A DNA stretch of 64,000 nt from Candidatus Wolfebacteria bacterium GW2011_GWB1_47_1 (lineage in GTDB: Bacteria; Patescibacteriota; Minisyncoccia; UBA6257; UBA9933), in contig CP011209.1 in NCBI GenBank assembly GCA_001029635.1, positions 286,866 through 350,865 of the forward strand. Direction: 5' to 3'. Below, piece after piece: positions 29,233 to 38,798 of this stretch (positions are counted from its first letter, which is position 1; every line of letters begins with the position of its first letter). The notes under the pieces are model-generated. The model did no database searches. It was not told where the DNA came from and saw nothing but the letters and a program-made list of their open reading frames with translations. The translations under genes and the position numbers were made by a program.

Positions 29233-30156
29233 TTATTGCACCGTAAAAACAGGAAATGATTCACGGGGTTTGCGAATAACAAAGAGATAGTCTTCAATGC
29301 GAGTAAGCGCCGGCCCTCCATCGACAAAGGTAAGAAAGCGCGAGATTGATTGGAGATTTCCTTGTGCAACGAAAGAAACCGAGCCATCATGTGCATTACG
29401 CGCATGCCCTGTGAGTTGATAGCGTTCGGCAAGTTCTTGTATGAAATAGCGGAAGCCAACACCTTGTACCGCGCCGACAAATGTCCCGGCGACTTCGAGC
29501 GTATGCTCGAGATCGTCGGGAGAAAGCGCATCGTCGGCCAAATAGCCATTAATACGGGTACGTTTGAGTGCAGTAAGATGTGCGCCGGTACCTAGGAGAG
29601 TCCCTAGGTCATTGCCGAAGGTCCGAATATAGTAGCCCGACGACACGGCAAGGCGAATGACGAGCCGCGGGTAATCGTAGGAGATAATTGCATAGTCATG
29701 GAGCGCGACTGTTTTTGCGCGCGACACGGCAAGTGCGAGAGCTTCTTCTTTGGTTGCTATGTCGCGTAGGCGCTTACCGAATATTTTTTTGGCGGAATAG
29801 ACGGGTGGTACCTGAGTGCGTTCTCCGACGAAGTTGGCTTCGATTGCTGTCGTGATTTTTTCGAGCGAGGGCTGATACTCGGATGACGATCGGGTAATCG
29901 TACCGGTATGGTCAAAGGTGTCGGTTGATGCGCCAAGTTCAATCGTCGTAATATATTCCTTGGTGCTGGCGGTGAGGAGCGTGTGGAGCTTTCGGGTAAA
30001 TTTTCTGCCAACAGCAACGACCATGAGTCCTTCGGCAAATGGATCGAGCGTACCGGCATGGCCAAGCTTGGGGGCATTAAGCGTACGTTTAAGAAACCCA
30101 AGAATATGTTTGTTAGTCCATCCGATGGGTTTGAAGAAGAGAAATATGCCCTGCAT
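29233..30156 (-). CDS. truB: tRNA pseudouridine-55 synthase TruB fused to a C-terminal acylphosphatase-like domain
   Basis: GHAGTLDPFAEGLMVV catalytic motif. C-terminal VQGVGFRYF...GHARNAHDGSV is an acylphosphatase signature. Confidence 0.75.
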   Translation of the reverse strand: MQGIFLFFKPIGWTNKHILGFLKRTLNAPKLGHAGTLDPFAEGLMVVAVGRKFTRKLHTLLTASTKEYITTIELGASTDTFDHTGTITRSSSEYQPSLEKITTAIEANFVGERTQVPPVYSAKKIFGKRLRDIATKEEALALAVSRAKTVALHDYAIISYDYPRLVIRLAVSSGYYIRTFGNDLGTLLGTGAHLTALKRTRINGYLADDALSPDDLEHTLEVAGTFVGAVQGVGFRYFIQELAERYQLTGHARNAHDGSVSFVAQGNLQSISRFLTFVDGGPALTRIEDYLFVIRKPRESFPVFTVQ

Positions 30157-30216
30157 AGGGAAAGGATAATGAATTACGCGAACGAAATAAAGAGGTACTG
30201 CAGTCGGGGTACCTTG

Positions 30217-31485
30217 TTATTGAGCGAAGGAAGAAATAAGCTCGATGGATGAATAGGCTATGCCTCCTGCGAAGATGACAAGTAGGGTATCGATAATAAA
30301 TGGGGGTATATCATTGATGATGGAATAAACGCGATCAGGGATATAGATATTGGAGAATTTTACACTGGGAACGCTGACTTGAATGGCCTTCTTCCATGCG
30401 AGAATGATGAGGATACCCCAAATACTAAATAGAATTCCTCCTACTGCGCTGATGATCGCAATAAAATCCTGGAAGCCAAGCACATAGAGAATGAGTGGCG
30501 CGCCCGCGACAAGAAGAAACGAAGCGCTGGATGGGATACTCCACTCATACTCGAAGAGTCGGTGCAGATCGCGACCAATGGCGGCATAGGAATCCCAGAG
30601 GGAGACGATACCTAGAATGCTGATTACGAGCAGAATGGGGAACGGTGCGACATCAACAAGTCCCGAAACGGAGTCTGGCGATACCATGCGGGACATACCC
30701 CACACGGCAAGCACAAAAAGGAGATAAAAGAAGGCAGGGATGAGTGATCCGACGACAACGGCTTTTTTCATGCGATTAAATGGTACCGCTTCCTTGCGGA
30801 CATAGGCGATTAATGGGGGGATTGCCGAGAATCCAAGAAAGGAGAAAAGAACGGGTCCAAACGGTATGAGCCCCGCATTGAAGTTAAAAAGAGGGAATGC
30901 TGCTGTATTGAACGGAACGGATGAGCCCCAATAGAGAAAGATCGCTCCAATGGCTATTAGTGTAATGGTAGTGGTCATCGCGTCGAAAAGAGCGGTATGC
31001 TTGATATTGATAAAGATGACCGCAGTGGAAAGCGCCCAGAAAAAAAGAAGCGCAACAAGCGAAGATAGGCTCGGCGCAAGGATATGGGAAAAACCTATTG
31101 AAAGAATGAGATAAGCGGTAAGGGTAAAGAGAAGTGTGATGGTGACTAATATACTTGAAAAACGCCCGAGCGTATTACCAAGATATTGGCGGATGTATCC
31201 AGGAAATTGATGGCGGGTTTCGCGTGTGCGCAGTACGATATCCGCATAGATCAAATGGATAAGCGCGGCAACGATGCCAAAAAATCCAAGATAGAGTACC
31301 GCAATAACAAGTCCCGCCTGCTGGAATACAAACGGCAGCGCGAACATACCTGCGCCAATGATACTAGCAATGAGAAACCCGGCAGGGAAAACGGAATGTT
31401 TAAGGAAGTTGATCATGGCAATTAGTAAGCTGTATATGTATAGAGTATACCGCATTCGAGGCACTGAGAAAACAAAAACAGCCAT
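30217..31485 (-). CDS. Polytopic membrane transporter, probably an amino-acid permease (APC-like)
   Basis: About 11 TM helices. The start may be the internal Met (MINFLKHS) at about 31416. Confidence 0.45.
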   Translation of the reverse strand: MAVFVFSVPRMRYTLYIYSLLIAMINFLKHSVFPAGFLIASIIGAGMFALPFVFQQAGLVIAVLYLGFFGIVAALIHLIYADIVLRTRETRHQFPGYIRQYLGNTLGRFSSILVTITLLFTLTAYLILSIGFSHILAPSLSSLVALLFFWALSTAVIFINIKHTALFDAMTTTITLIAIGAIFLYWGSSVPFNTAAFPLFNFNAGLIPFGPVLFSFLGFSAIPPLIAYVRKEAVPFNRMKKAVVVGSLIPAFFYLLFVLAVWGMSRMVSPDSVSGLVDVAPFPILLVISILGIVSLWDSYAAIGRDLHRLFEYEWSIPSSASFLLVAGAPLILYVLGFQDFIAIISAVGGILFSIWGILIILAWKKAIQVSVPSVKFSNIYIPDRVYSIINDIPPFIIDTLLVIFAGGIAYSSIELISSFAQ

Positions 31486-31513
31486 TAATGGCTGTTTTTG
31501 TTACGAATACACC

Positions 31514-32128
31514 TTAGCGATTTAATGTATGACTTTCATGCGTCTGCTTTTTATCTTCGTCGATAATGGCACACAACTTATCGAGCAATTCCTTTGGGCT
31601 TGACGAGAAGACGATCTTATTTTTCATTTCTTCCGCACGATGTGACTTCTCAATCATCATACGCAGGACTTCGTCTGTTTCCCAATCTCCTTCAAGGATA
31701 CCAATTGGCTTGCTGTCTTCAAAGGCGATGGTGAATTCGTTCATGGTTCCCATGCGACCGCATCCGATGATAACGGCATCACATGAGCGGGTTAGGATCA
31801 GGTTGCGTCCGCTGTAATGGAATCCTGTGTAGACGATCATATCATGGTGGTCGGTCGGCAGATTAAATCGGTCGATGTGTTCCTTCTCGGTGGACGCAGG
31901 GGAGAACCCAAGGACGAATCCGCCCTCAAGCTTTGCACCTTTAGCTGCCCAGTACGGAAATCCGGTCGTCGCCCCGGTAACACAGACACCATTGTGACGG
32001 GTGATCTCTCGACCGACCTCTTCTCCGAGTTGGAATGCATTTTCGCCACAGTGTCTAGTTTCGGCAGCTCCGGAAACGCAAATCTTGTAGGCGAGGTTAG
32101 TATGGCATACTTGGGATTCATTGATCAT
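31514..32128 (-). CDS. LOG/SLOG-family Rossmann-fold protein (TIGR00725-like)
   Basis: KICVSGAAE...GATTG..YWAAKGA...DAVIIGCGRMGT pattern. Confidence 0.5.
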   Translation of the reverse strand: MINESQVCHTNLAYKICVSGAAETRHCGENAFQLGEEVGREITRHNGVCVTGATTGFPYWAAKGAKLEGGFVLGFSPASTEKEHIDRFNLPTDHHDMIVYTGFHYSGRNLILTRSCDAVIIGCGRMGTMNEFTIAFEDSKPIGILEGDWETDEVLRMMIEKSHRAEEMKNKIVFSSSPKELLDKLCAIIDEDKKQTHESHTLNR

Positions 32129-32232
32129 ATATTTTTTGGAACATGCGGGGCTGGCGAACTACTGCGTTGCGGATCCGCGTCTTGTATTTCGCTCAACCGT
32201 GCAAGTTCCTTGGCAGATATTAGTAGTTATAA

Positions 32233-33327
32233 TTATTTAAAAAGTGAAACCTTGATAGAAAGCTTCTTCCAACGGGGGCTCCGTAGAGCAGCTTCACGGG
32301 TAAGTATACCACGTTTTGCTCCGACGTGCTCGACGACCGAAGCACTGTTGGCGGCTGCGATTCGGATGGCTTCGCGGATATCTGCTTCGGTAAAATTGGT
32401 GAATCGGCGGCTCTTTTGTGTATGGATTAGACTGCTGACGAAACCGCTTCCATAAGCGTCTCCGGCACCAGTGGCATCGGTTACGAGCTTTTTGGGGAAT
32501 ACGGCGCAGTCATAGCGTCGTTCACGGTCAAGGACGAATGCGCCGGAAGCACCATCGGTAATAACGATGATGCCGGGGCATGCACTGTGGAGCGCAGAAA
32601 GGATGCCATCGATGTGGTCATAGGGAAGCCTGGTCATGACGGATGCTTCCTCCCTATTCACAATAAGGACATCAATTTTTGAAAGGAGCTGCTTAAGCCC
32701 CTTAAGACCCTTTTCAACGACGTGTTTGGAGGGGTTGAGTGCGATCAACGTACCTTGTTTTGAAAGTCTATTGGCTGCGTGGAGTATGGTCGGATAGGGG
32801 ATATTACCGGGGACGATATAGGCCCAGTGGCTTTGTGTAAGCGCTCCGTCTATATCTGCAGGCTTTAGCTTATCAGATGCACCACGGTGTGTGAGAATGG
32901 TGCGTTCTCCCGCAATGGGAACAAGAATGACAGAGTATGCGGTTGCGAGTGCTTTGTCGGTGATGATGCGTGAAGTGATGTGTTCTGTCTTGCACTCGGC
33001 AAGGATGCGCGCCCCGCCATCATCGGCGCCGATTTTGCCTATCGTGCAAACCTTGAGACCCATGCGGGCAAAGGTGGCTGCGGTATTAGTTGCACCTCCT
33101 CCGGTGGCAAAGATGGGTTTGTCGATCTCTACTTTTGCGCCGGGCATAAAGCAGGTCGCATCGCCGTCAAGGAATCCAAGTTTCTTAAGGTGCTTGGGGT
33201 CGTGGACGTTGGTAAAGAGCGGACTTTTGATGAACACGTCTCGTGTTGCGGTACCGATGGTAATGATGTCATACATGCCTCTATTATAACCTACAACCGA
33301 TAACCTACAACCTAGAACAAAATACAA
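32233..33327 (-). CDS. PfkB-family carbohydrate/nucleoside kinase
   Basis: DIITIGTATRD, GGGATNTAATFARMG and DATGAGDAYGSGF motifs. The probable start is MYDIITIG at about 33276. Confidence 0.75.
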   Translation of the reverse strand: MYFVLGCRLSVVGYNRGMYDIITIGTATRDVFIKSPLFTNVHDPKHLKKLGFLDGDATCFMPGAKVEIDKPIFATGGGATNTAATFARMGLKVCTIGKIGADDGGARILAECKTEHITSRIITDKALATAYSVILVPIAGERTILTHRGASDKLKPADIDGALTQSHWAYIVPGNIPYPTILHAANRLSKQGTLIALNPSKHVVEKGLKGLKQLLSKIDVLIVNREEASVMTRLPYDHIDGILSALHSACPGIIVITDGASGAFVLDRERRYDCAVFPKKLVTDATGAGDAYGSGFVSSLIHTQKSRRFTNFTEADIREAIRIAAANSASVVEHVGAKRGILTREAALRSPRWKKLSIKVSLFK

Positions 33328-33353
33328 AAAACCCGCATTGCTGCGGGGCTGTG

Positions 33354-33737
33354 TTATGAATAGAAACAGGGTGGATGGTCACCACCACGACCATTTCCGC
33401 CAATCTCGCAGCAGGGCCCCATTTCCTCGAGGCATGTTGCGATGCGGCTGACCACTACATAAAGTTCAGAATTGGATTCCTCAAACGGGCCGGCGAGTAT
33501 CCAGTTTGCTTGTAGAAAAAGGTCTACGATAGGCCAAGCCTGTAAGGGCGTAAGTTCGGAGGGTGTGCGAAGTACGGCGTAATGATTGTTACCTAGAAAT
33601 AAAAACCTACCATTCCTAGTAACACTAATCTTGATACAATCGTCTTCTTTGCGGATACAAATAATATCCCCGCATTCAAAGCCGACCGTTCTTGGCGTCT
33701 CATTCCCGCTAGTGCCTGTGTCTATGAGCTTAAGCAT
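33354..33737 (-). CDS. Hypothetical protein
   Basis: 127-aa ORF flanked by terminator hairpins. Confidence 0.3.
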   Translation of the reverse strand: MLKLIDTGTSGNETPRTVGFECGDIICIRKEDDCIKISVTRNGRFLFLGNNHYAVLRTPSELTPLQAWPIVDLFLQANWILAGPFEESNSELYVVVSRIATCLEEMGPCCEIGGNGRGGDHPPCFYS

Positions 33738-33838
33738 CGTTCGCCTCCTTTTTGCATAGATACTGATTATAATAACTAATTTTCCTATAGCATGAACAAT
33801 ATAATGCTGTCAATTTAAATAAAAAATAACCTTAAAGG

Positions 33839-34831
33839 TTATTTTTTACGTTCAATAACTTTCCTTACCGCATCCTTGATGGCGTCCTTGTCGAGCTTAT
33901 ATTTCTTGAGTAGTTCAGCGGGTTTGCCGCTTTCGCCAAATATATCGTGCATGCCCACGAATTCGATCGGGGTGGGCTGGTGTTTTGCTAAACACTCGGC
34001 AACCGCTCCACCAAGACCGCCGATGATACTGTGCTCTTCGACGGTCACGACTGCGCCGTATTTCTTGGCGAGCGCCGCGATCTTCTTTTCATCGAGTGGC
34101 TTGATGGTGTGGCTGTTCAATACCACGGTGCCGATCTTTTCCTTTTCCAGTTCCTGGGCGGCGAGCAGCGCCTGGTAGAGGATGGGGCCGCACCCGATGA
34201 TGACGACCTGCGGCTTCTTCGATTCCCAGAGCTCGTACGCCTTACCGGGAACGAAGTTGGTCTGTTCCGTGGTTATGATCGAGGATTTTTCGCGCGTAAA
34301 GCGGAGATACATCGGACCCCAAATATGGGAAGCGGCAACCGTCGCCTTATGTGCTTCGATGAAATCAACTGGGACGATAACCTTCATATTTGGCATGGCG
34401 CGCATGGTGGCGATATCTTCGATCGCCTGATGTGTTGCACCATCGGGGCCGGTCGAGATGCCTGCATGATGCCCGGCTATTTTTACGTTGGCATCGTTGT
34501 AGGCTATGGTAGTGCGGATTTGTTCCCAATTACGCCCTGGTGAGAATACTGCATATGAAGCTGCGAAGGGGATCTTGTTTGAAACGCCCAACCCGGCGGC
34601 GATAGTGATCATGTTCTGCTCGGCAACGCCACACTCAAAGAACCGGCTTGGATATTTGGCGGCGAACGCCTCGCACCGGGTAGATTCTTTCAGGTCGGCT
34701 GAAAGTGCGACTACATCGGGATTGGTTTCGCCGAGCTGTAATAGCCCGGTGCCGAACCCATCCCGGGTCGGCTTCATTTCAACATCAGATGCAAATGTAT
34801 TTTCGAGAATATGATTGTCTGCGGATAACAT
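33839..34831 (-). CDS. Transketolase C-terminal subunit of a split transketolase
   Basis: Pyrimidine-binding and C-terminal domains (FECGVAEQNMITIAAGL...GPDGATHQAIEDIA). No N-terminal subunit is encoded nearby. Confidence 0.8.
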   Translation of the reverse strand: MLSADNHILENTFASDVEMKPTRDGFGTGLLQLGETNPDVVALSADLKESTRCEAFAAKYPSRFFECGVAEQNMITIAAGLGVSNKIPFAASYAVFSPGRNWEQIRTTIAYNDANVKIAGHHAGISTGPDGATHQAIEDIATMRAMPNMKVIVPVDFIEAHKATVAASHIWGPMYLRFTREKSSIITTEQTNFVPGKAYELWESKKPQVVIIGCGPILYQALLAAQELEKEKIGTVVLNSHTIKPLDEKKIAALAKKYGAVVTVEEHSIIGGLGGAVAECLAKHQPTPIEFVGMHDIFGESGKPAELLKKYKLDKDAIKDAVRKVIERKK

Positions 34832-34863
34832 ATGTATATAGTATATAAGACAAGTGGCTAGTT

Positions 34864-34988
34864 GTCATTCCGACTCCGCAGTACTATCATTCCGGCCCAC
34901 GATCCAGAATCTCGTTGCCTATCCACGAGATCCTGAATCCGCCAGTTGGCGGATCAGGATGACAAAGGAGTGGCATTTAGAATGACAC
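34864..34988. repeat. MITE/REP-like element cluster with GTCATTCC...GGAATGACA termini
   Basis: gtcattccgactccgc...ggatcaggatgacaaagg...gaatgacacc. Shares termini and internal hairpins with copies at 38557, 40489 and 54718. Confidence 0.55.
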
Positions 34989-35066
34989 CATAAAAACCGC
35001 TTACGCGGTTTTTATGGTGAGTCGAATATTGATCTGTGATCTATGAACTATTGACCGTGAACCGTA

Positions 35067-36428
35067 TTACAGTGTTATCTTCAATCCATACGCTGGGATG
35101 ACCGCATCAAGGGCGAATTCATCGCGAAGCTTTTGCGCAAATGGTTCCATCTGATCCATGTCGCCGTGGACAAGAAAGACCTTTTTAAGCGATCGGCGCA
35201 TAGGGGATATCCATTGTAAGAGGAGCGGTTGGTCTGCATGCGCAGAGTAGCCCGAGATAGTCGCCATCTTGCAGCGGACGGGGATTTCTTCTCCCATGAT
35301 ACGAACAACTTTCGCGCCATCAAGGATCGCGCGTCCCATGGTTCCCTGCGCCTGATACCCGATGAACAGAATGGTCGTGTTCGGGTCGGGGAGATAGCGG
35401 AGCTCGTGATGCAGGATGCGACCGCCGTTGGACATGCCGGAACCGGCGATAATGATCTTCGGCATGGGCGCATCGTTGATCGCTTTCGATTGCTCGGTAG
35501 TAAGAGTAAAGTGTAAGCGGGGAAAATCAAAAAATTCCTTACCCGCAGTGGCTTCCTTTATCGCTTCTTCGTCGAAGTAGTTTGAGTCCTGGGAATATTT
35601 CTTATATATGGCGGTAAGTTTGATGGCAAGCGGACTGTCGACGTAGACAGGGGCTTCAGGGACTCGGCCATTTTCAACGAGGGTATCCATCTCGTAAAGC
35701 AATTCTTGGGTGCGCTCCATGGCAAAGGCAGGAATAAGGAGAGCACCTTTGAGTTGCATGGCATCTTCGATGACGTCCTCGAGGCGGTCCTTACGGCTTG
35801 CCGGGTCATCGTGGACACGGTCGCCATAGGTGGTTTCTACCAGAAGGTAATCTATGTCTTCAACCTGCTCTGTATCCTTTACGAGTGGAGCGGGTTGGTT
35901 GCCAAGATCTCCAGAGAAGGCGATCCGCTTACCGGTTTCCTTTTCTGTTACGACAATAAATGCAGATCCGAGAATATGTCCGGCATCGAAGTATTCAATC
36001 TCAAAATCCTTAAGGTGAATTTTTTCATGATACGCAACTTCCTTCCACAACTTCATGGAGTGGTTGATATCGTCGAGGCTGTAGATCGGGTCGATATGCT
36101 GTTCAAGCGCGTCGCGACGGAGAAGGTGTTCCGAGTCAATGAGGAGCTGCTCCGCAAAATCCTTAGTGGGTGCGGTTGAATGGATTGTACCGCGAAAACC
36201 GTCCTTGTAGAGCTTAGGTATCTTCCCGGTATGGTCGATGTGGGCGTGGGTAATGAATACGGCATCGATCGCCGTTGCATCGAAGGGGAATGGCTGATAA
36301 TTTTCAGGATTGACGAAGCGTCCGCCTTGTAAAAGGCCGCAATCGATCAGGATTTTAGTATTGGCGGTCTCGAGAAGAAAATTAGATCCAGTAACCTCTT
36401 GAGATGCTCCAAAAAATGTAAGTTCCAT
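35067..36428 (-). CDS. Beta-CASP metallo-beta-lactamase-fold ribonuclease (RNase J-like)
   Basis: HAHIDHTG MBL motif, plus beta-CASP and RMMBL C-terminal region. Confidence 0.75.
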   Translation of the reverse strand: MELTFFGASQEVTGSNFLLETANTKILIDCGLLQGGRFVNPENYQPFPFDATAIDAVFITHAHIDHTGKIPKLYKDGFRGTIHSTAPTKDFAEQLLIDSEHLLRRDALEQHIDPIYSLDDINHSMKLWKEVAYHEKIHLKDFEIEYFDAGHILGSAFIVVTEKETGKRIAFSGDLGNQPAPLVKDTEQVEDIDYLLVETTYGDRVHDDPASRKDRLEDVIEDAMQLKGALLIPAFAMERTQELLYEMDTLVENGRVPEAPVYVDSPLAIKLTAIYKKYSQDSNYFDEEAIKEATAGKEFFDFPRLHFTLTTEQSKAINDAPMPKIIIAGSGMSNGGRILHHELRYLPDPNTTILFIGYQAQGTMGRAILDGAKVVRIMGEEIPVRCKMATISGYSAHADQPLLLQWISPMRRSLKKVFLVHGDMDQMEPFAQKLRDEFALDAVIPAYGLKITL

Positions 36429-36659
36429 GGCAGTAATGTTAGATTGATTACTATACAGTATACCCCGTTAGAAACGTTACGCCAACGCTAACAGTGATTT
36501 TACTAAGGGCAAGTTAATGCGCAGTACAATAGGGAGGATATATAGTTAAAGTTTCCGACGGACATAGCGGGAAACAGAGGAAAAGGAGAGGATTGACATA
36601 GATAAATGAACGGGTTATGGTACGAATAGTTATTTTCACTGCGCGGTAAGGAGGTAGGT

Positions 36660-37346
36660 ATGAAGGGAGTGGTATTGGCATACGGCAAAGGCGAGACGCA
36701 GCAATATGCAGCGGCGCGAAGACGCGAAGCGATCGACAAGATGATCGCTGTTACGAGTGCTCATGTGGATCTGCTGATACAGGTCGGATTGGTCAAGGCA
36801 TGTGCGACGAATGAGGCCGAATTTGTCCGGCATATCGGCTTGCTGCGACTCGGCGCAATGGAGCTTGATCTGCGGATCGAGCGACGGTATATTCCGGCGG
36901 TGATCATGATCCCTAACGCTCGAGTGTCGTTACAGCAAAAGCTGATGATGCTTGGAGTCGAAGAGGTCGTAAACATCGACGGCGAGCAGAAAGGGATCAA
37001 GACTCTCGAACCGTACGCAGCGATCAATGTGACGCTGAAGAAGGTGGATAAGTCGGAGATCCTTACGGGAATAAATGGTCGGTTTGCGGGCGTCTTCCCA
37101 CGGATGGAGACTATGTCGCTCTCAGAGGTGGTCATGCTCGCGACCTATTACCCGGCGCTGTTTGACGGATTTGCTACGGTCATCACCGATCCGGAAATGG
37201 AGTCCGTGTTTGTCCTGGAGGGTAGCCGCGAAGAAAAAAGTGACAGAACCTGCTTTACGGTGACAGAAGGGAGTCGAAGGGATCTGAGCTGGATGACCTG
37301 GAAGAAGTACCAGGTACCGCTCTGCGAAGTGCGTGTCGGCAGGTAA
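36660..37346 (+). CDS. Hypothetical protein
   Basis: 228-aa ORF with no family signature. Confidence 0.35.
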   Translation: MKGVVLAYGKGETQQYAAARRREAIDKMIAVTSAHVDLLIQVGLVKACATNEAEFVRHIGLLRLGAMELDLRIERRYIPAVIMIPNARVSLQQKLMMLGVEEVVNIDGEQKGIKTLEPYAAINVTLKKVDKSEILTGINGRFAGVFPRMETMSLSEVVMLATYYPALFDGFATVITDPEMESVFVLEGSREEKSDRTCFTVTEGSRRDLSWMTWKKYQVPLCEVRVGR

Positions 37347-37378
37347 AAGACAGGCGGGTCATATGGCCCGCTTTTTTG

Positions 37379-37407
37379 TTGACGAGGGGTGGGCGGGGGT
37401 GTATAAA
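37379..37407 (+). promoter_or_regulatory. Sigma70-like promoter fused to the preceding terminator T-run
   Basis: TTGACG-17-TATAAA immediately after hairpin gggtcatatggcccgc. Confidence 0.5.
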
Positions 37408-37447
37408 TAAGGCAGTTGTTTAAGGATATTTATGAAAGGAGCCTGAT

Positions 37448-38011
37448 ATGGCGCGGATACGGAAGGTGGTAGAAGATTTTCCCGAATTATTTTCTTCGGG
37501 AGATATTGTACTGCTATCACCGATGCTGTATGCATCGGTGGTGAGCTGTATCAATCGAAGGATTGGCAAGGACCTGAAAAAGATAACGGCATCCTATCTG
37601 ACAGAGCTGTGTCGGCATCATGCGCAAGGGAATGCTTCAATTGTACTGCCGCTTGGTATGTGCACGAAAGCAATGCTCAAAGCTGATCCAGAGCTGACGC
37701 TGGAGGCGCGCGATGTAGACGGTTCATTCGTCACGGTCGGGCTGGGGTTTTCTCTGACCGGGGAAATAGCTCGGCTTAACGCATTTTTTGCCGAGGTTAT
37801 CCGGGATTTTGATCTGGAGCGTCGTGTTGAAGCGGTTGAGGGCCAGATGCAGATAGTCGTGCAGCTCGGGGGAGGAGATGTTCCGAATCTTGACCCGCGG
37901 GGCATTACGGATCGTCATCGCAGGAGGTCGTATTGCTGCGCCCGCGAGGTGAAGCAACTCGAAGAAGAGAAATGGTTTCTCGACGAGTGCGCTCGCAGGA
38001 TGGGAAGATAG
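37448..38011 (+). CDS. Hypothetical protein
   Basis: 187-aa ORF downstream of the promoter at 37379. Confidence 0.35.
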   Translation: MARIRKVVEDFPELFSSGDIVLLSPMLYASVVSCINRRIGKDLKKITASYLTELCRHHAQGNASIVLPLGMCTKAMLKADPELTLEARDVDGSFVTVGLGFSLTGEIARLNAFFAEVIRDFDLERRVEAVEGQMQIVVQLGGGDVPNLDPRGITDRHRRRSYCCAREVKQLEEEKWFLDECARRMGR

Positions 38012-38121
38012 TCCCGGATCGAATTTCCGGGACTTTTTTGCCCCTATTGACAAATATCTGAATTACTATATAGTGAAGAAGCTTTGCTTTGACAAGGAAG
38101 AGAGGAGTGTGTTATAGCCTC

Positions 38122-38149
38122 TTGACAAATAAAATTTATCTGTTATAAT
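38122..38149 (+). promoter_or_regulatory. Near-consensus sigma70 promoter with extended -10
   Basis: TTGACA-16 nt-TGTTATAAT. Two weaker TTGACA boxes lie upstream at 38048 and 38089. Confidence 0.65.
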
Positions 38150-38155
38150 ATATTT

Positions 38156-38398
38156 ATAACAGTGAAACATCGGTGGCTTGCACTGAGCTTGCCGAAGTGG
38201 AAGAAAGACTATTTGGTTCTGTGGGTTCTTAAGGAATTTCTCTTAGGCTTAGGATGTTCTGGTTTCGGCTGGGGCACTCCTCGGAGAAATTCTAAATTTC
38301 TTACTGGTGTAAGATTTCAAAAATTTTTACACCCACAGAACCAAGGAGTGTTTCTCCGGTGAAAGTAACCAAAACCCCCGCGTAAGCGGGGGTTTTGG
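38156..38398 (+). ncRNA. Candidate ~240-nt structured small RNA (rod-like, class unknown)
   Basis: Begins just after the consensus promoter. Long-range 14-bp pairing ttggttctgtgggt / acccacagaaccaa and inner pairing ggaatttctc / gagaaattcc. Ends with intrinsic terminator cccccgc-gtaa-gcggggg-TTTT at 38375-38398. The overlapping 66-aa ORF is unconvincing. Confidence 0.45.
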
Positions 38399-38556
38399 TT
38401 AAATGGTATCTGCGAACTATAAAAATGGCGGACTAAATGGCTGATGAAAATTCCCTGGGAGCGAAAATTCGAGGTCTCGGCAGGTAGGCAGGCAGGGGTT
38501 TGGTTTCGTAAGGAATTTTGAGTCCATTCGCCACTTTTATTTCGGTTCGCGATTTC

Positions 38557-38716
38557 GCCCTTGGCATTGTTAACGATCCGTCAGCAGGAGGAGGATATGC
38601 AACGGGCCGGGCTGTCGGATTCGATTTTTCCGACACGAATTCGACGGACATACTTTTTATAAAAAATAAGTTATTTTAAAAAAAGAAGTGGATTCCCGCC
38701 TCCGCGGGGATGACAA
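38557..38716. repeat. MITE/REP-like element copy
   Basis: ccct(t/c)ggc.ttg.ta..gatccgtcag...gcaacg.gccggg is shared with 54744-54795. Ends ggattcccgcctccgcggggatgaca. Confidence 0.5.
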
Positions 38717-38737
38717 GTGCGAAGCGAAATATAAACT

Positions 38738-38775
38738 AAAACGCGCGGTCCTATTAATAGGACCGCGCGTTTTTC
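38738..38775 (-). terminator. Rho-independent terminator downstream of pilB
   Basis: gcgcggtcc-tattaat-aggaccgcgc with flanking A and T runs. Confidence 0.65.
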
Positions 38776-38798
38776 GTACCTCTTCCATATTCCATTTT

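Noticed and set aside
38156-38398. RNase P RNA or SRP RNA assignment for the candidate sRNA
   Set aside because: It contains an ACAGAACC-like string but lacks the GGAAAGUCCGG P4 motif and is ~100 nt too short. No SRP domain IV GGAA/AGCAG motif either. Class left open.
38433-38651. 72-aa minus-strand ORF
   Set aside because: It lies entirely within a repeat/REP-like element, has Pro/Ala-rich low-complexity translation and no RBS.
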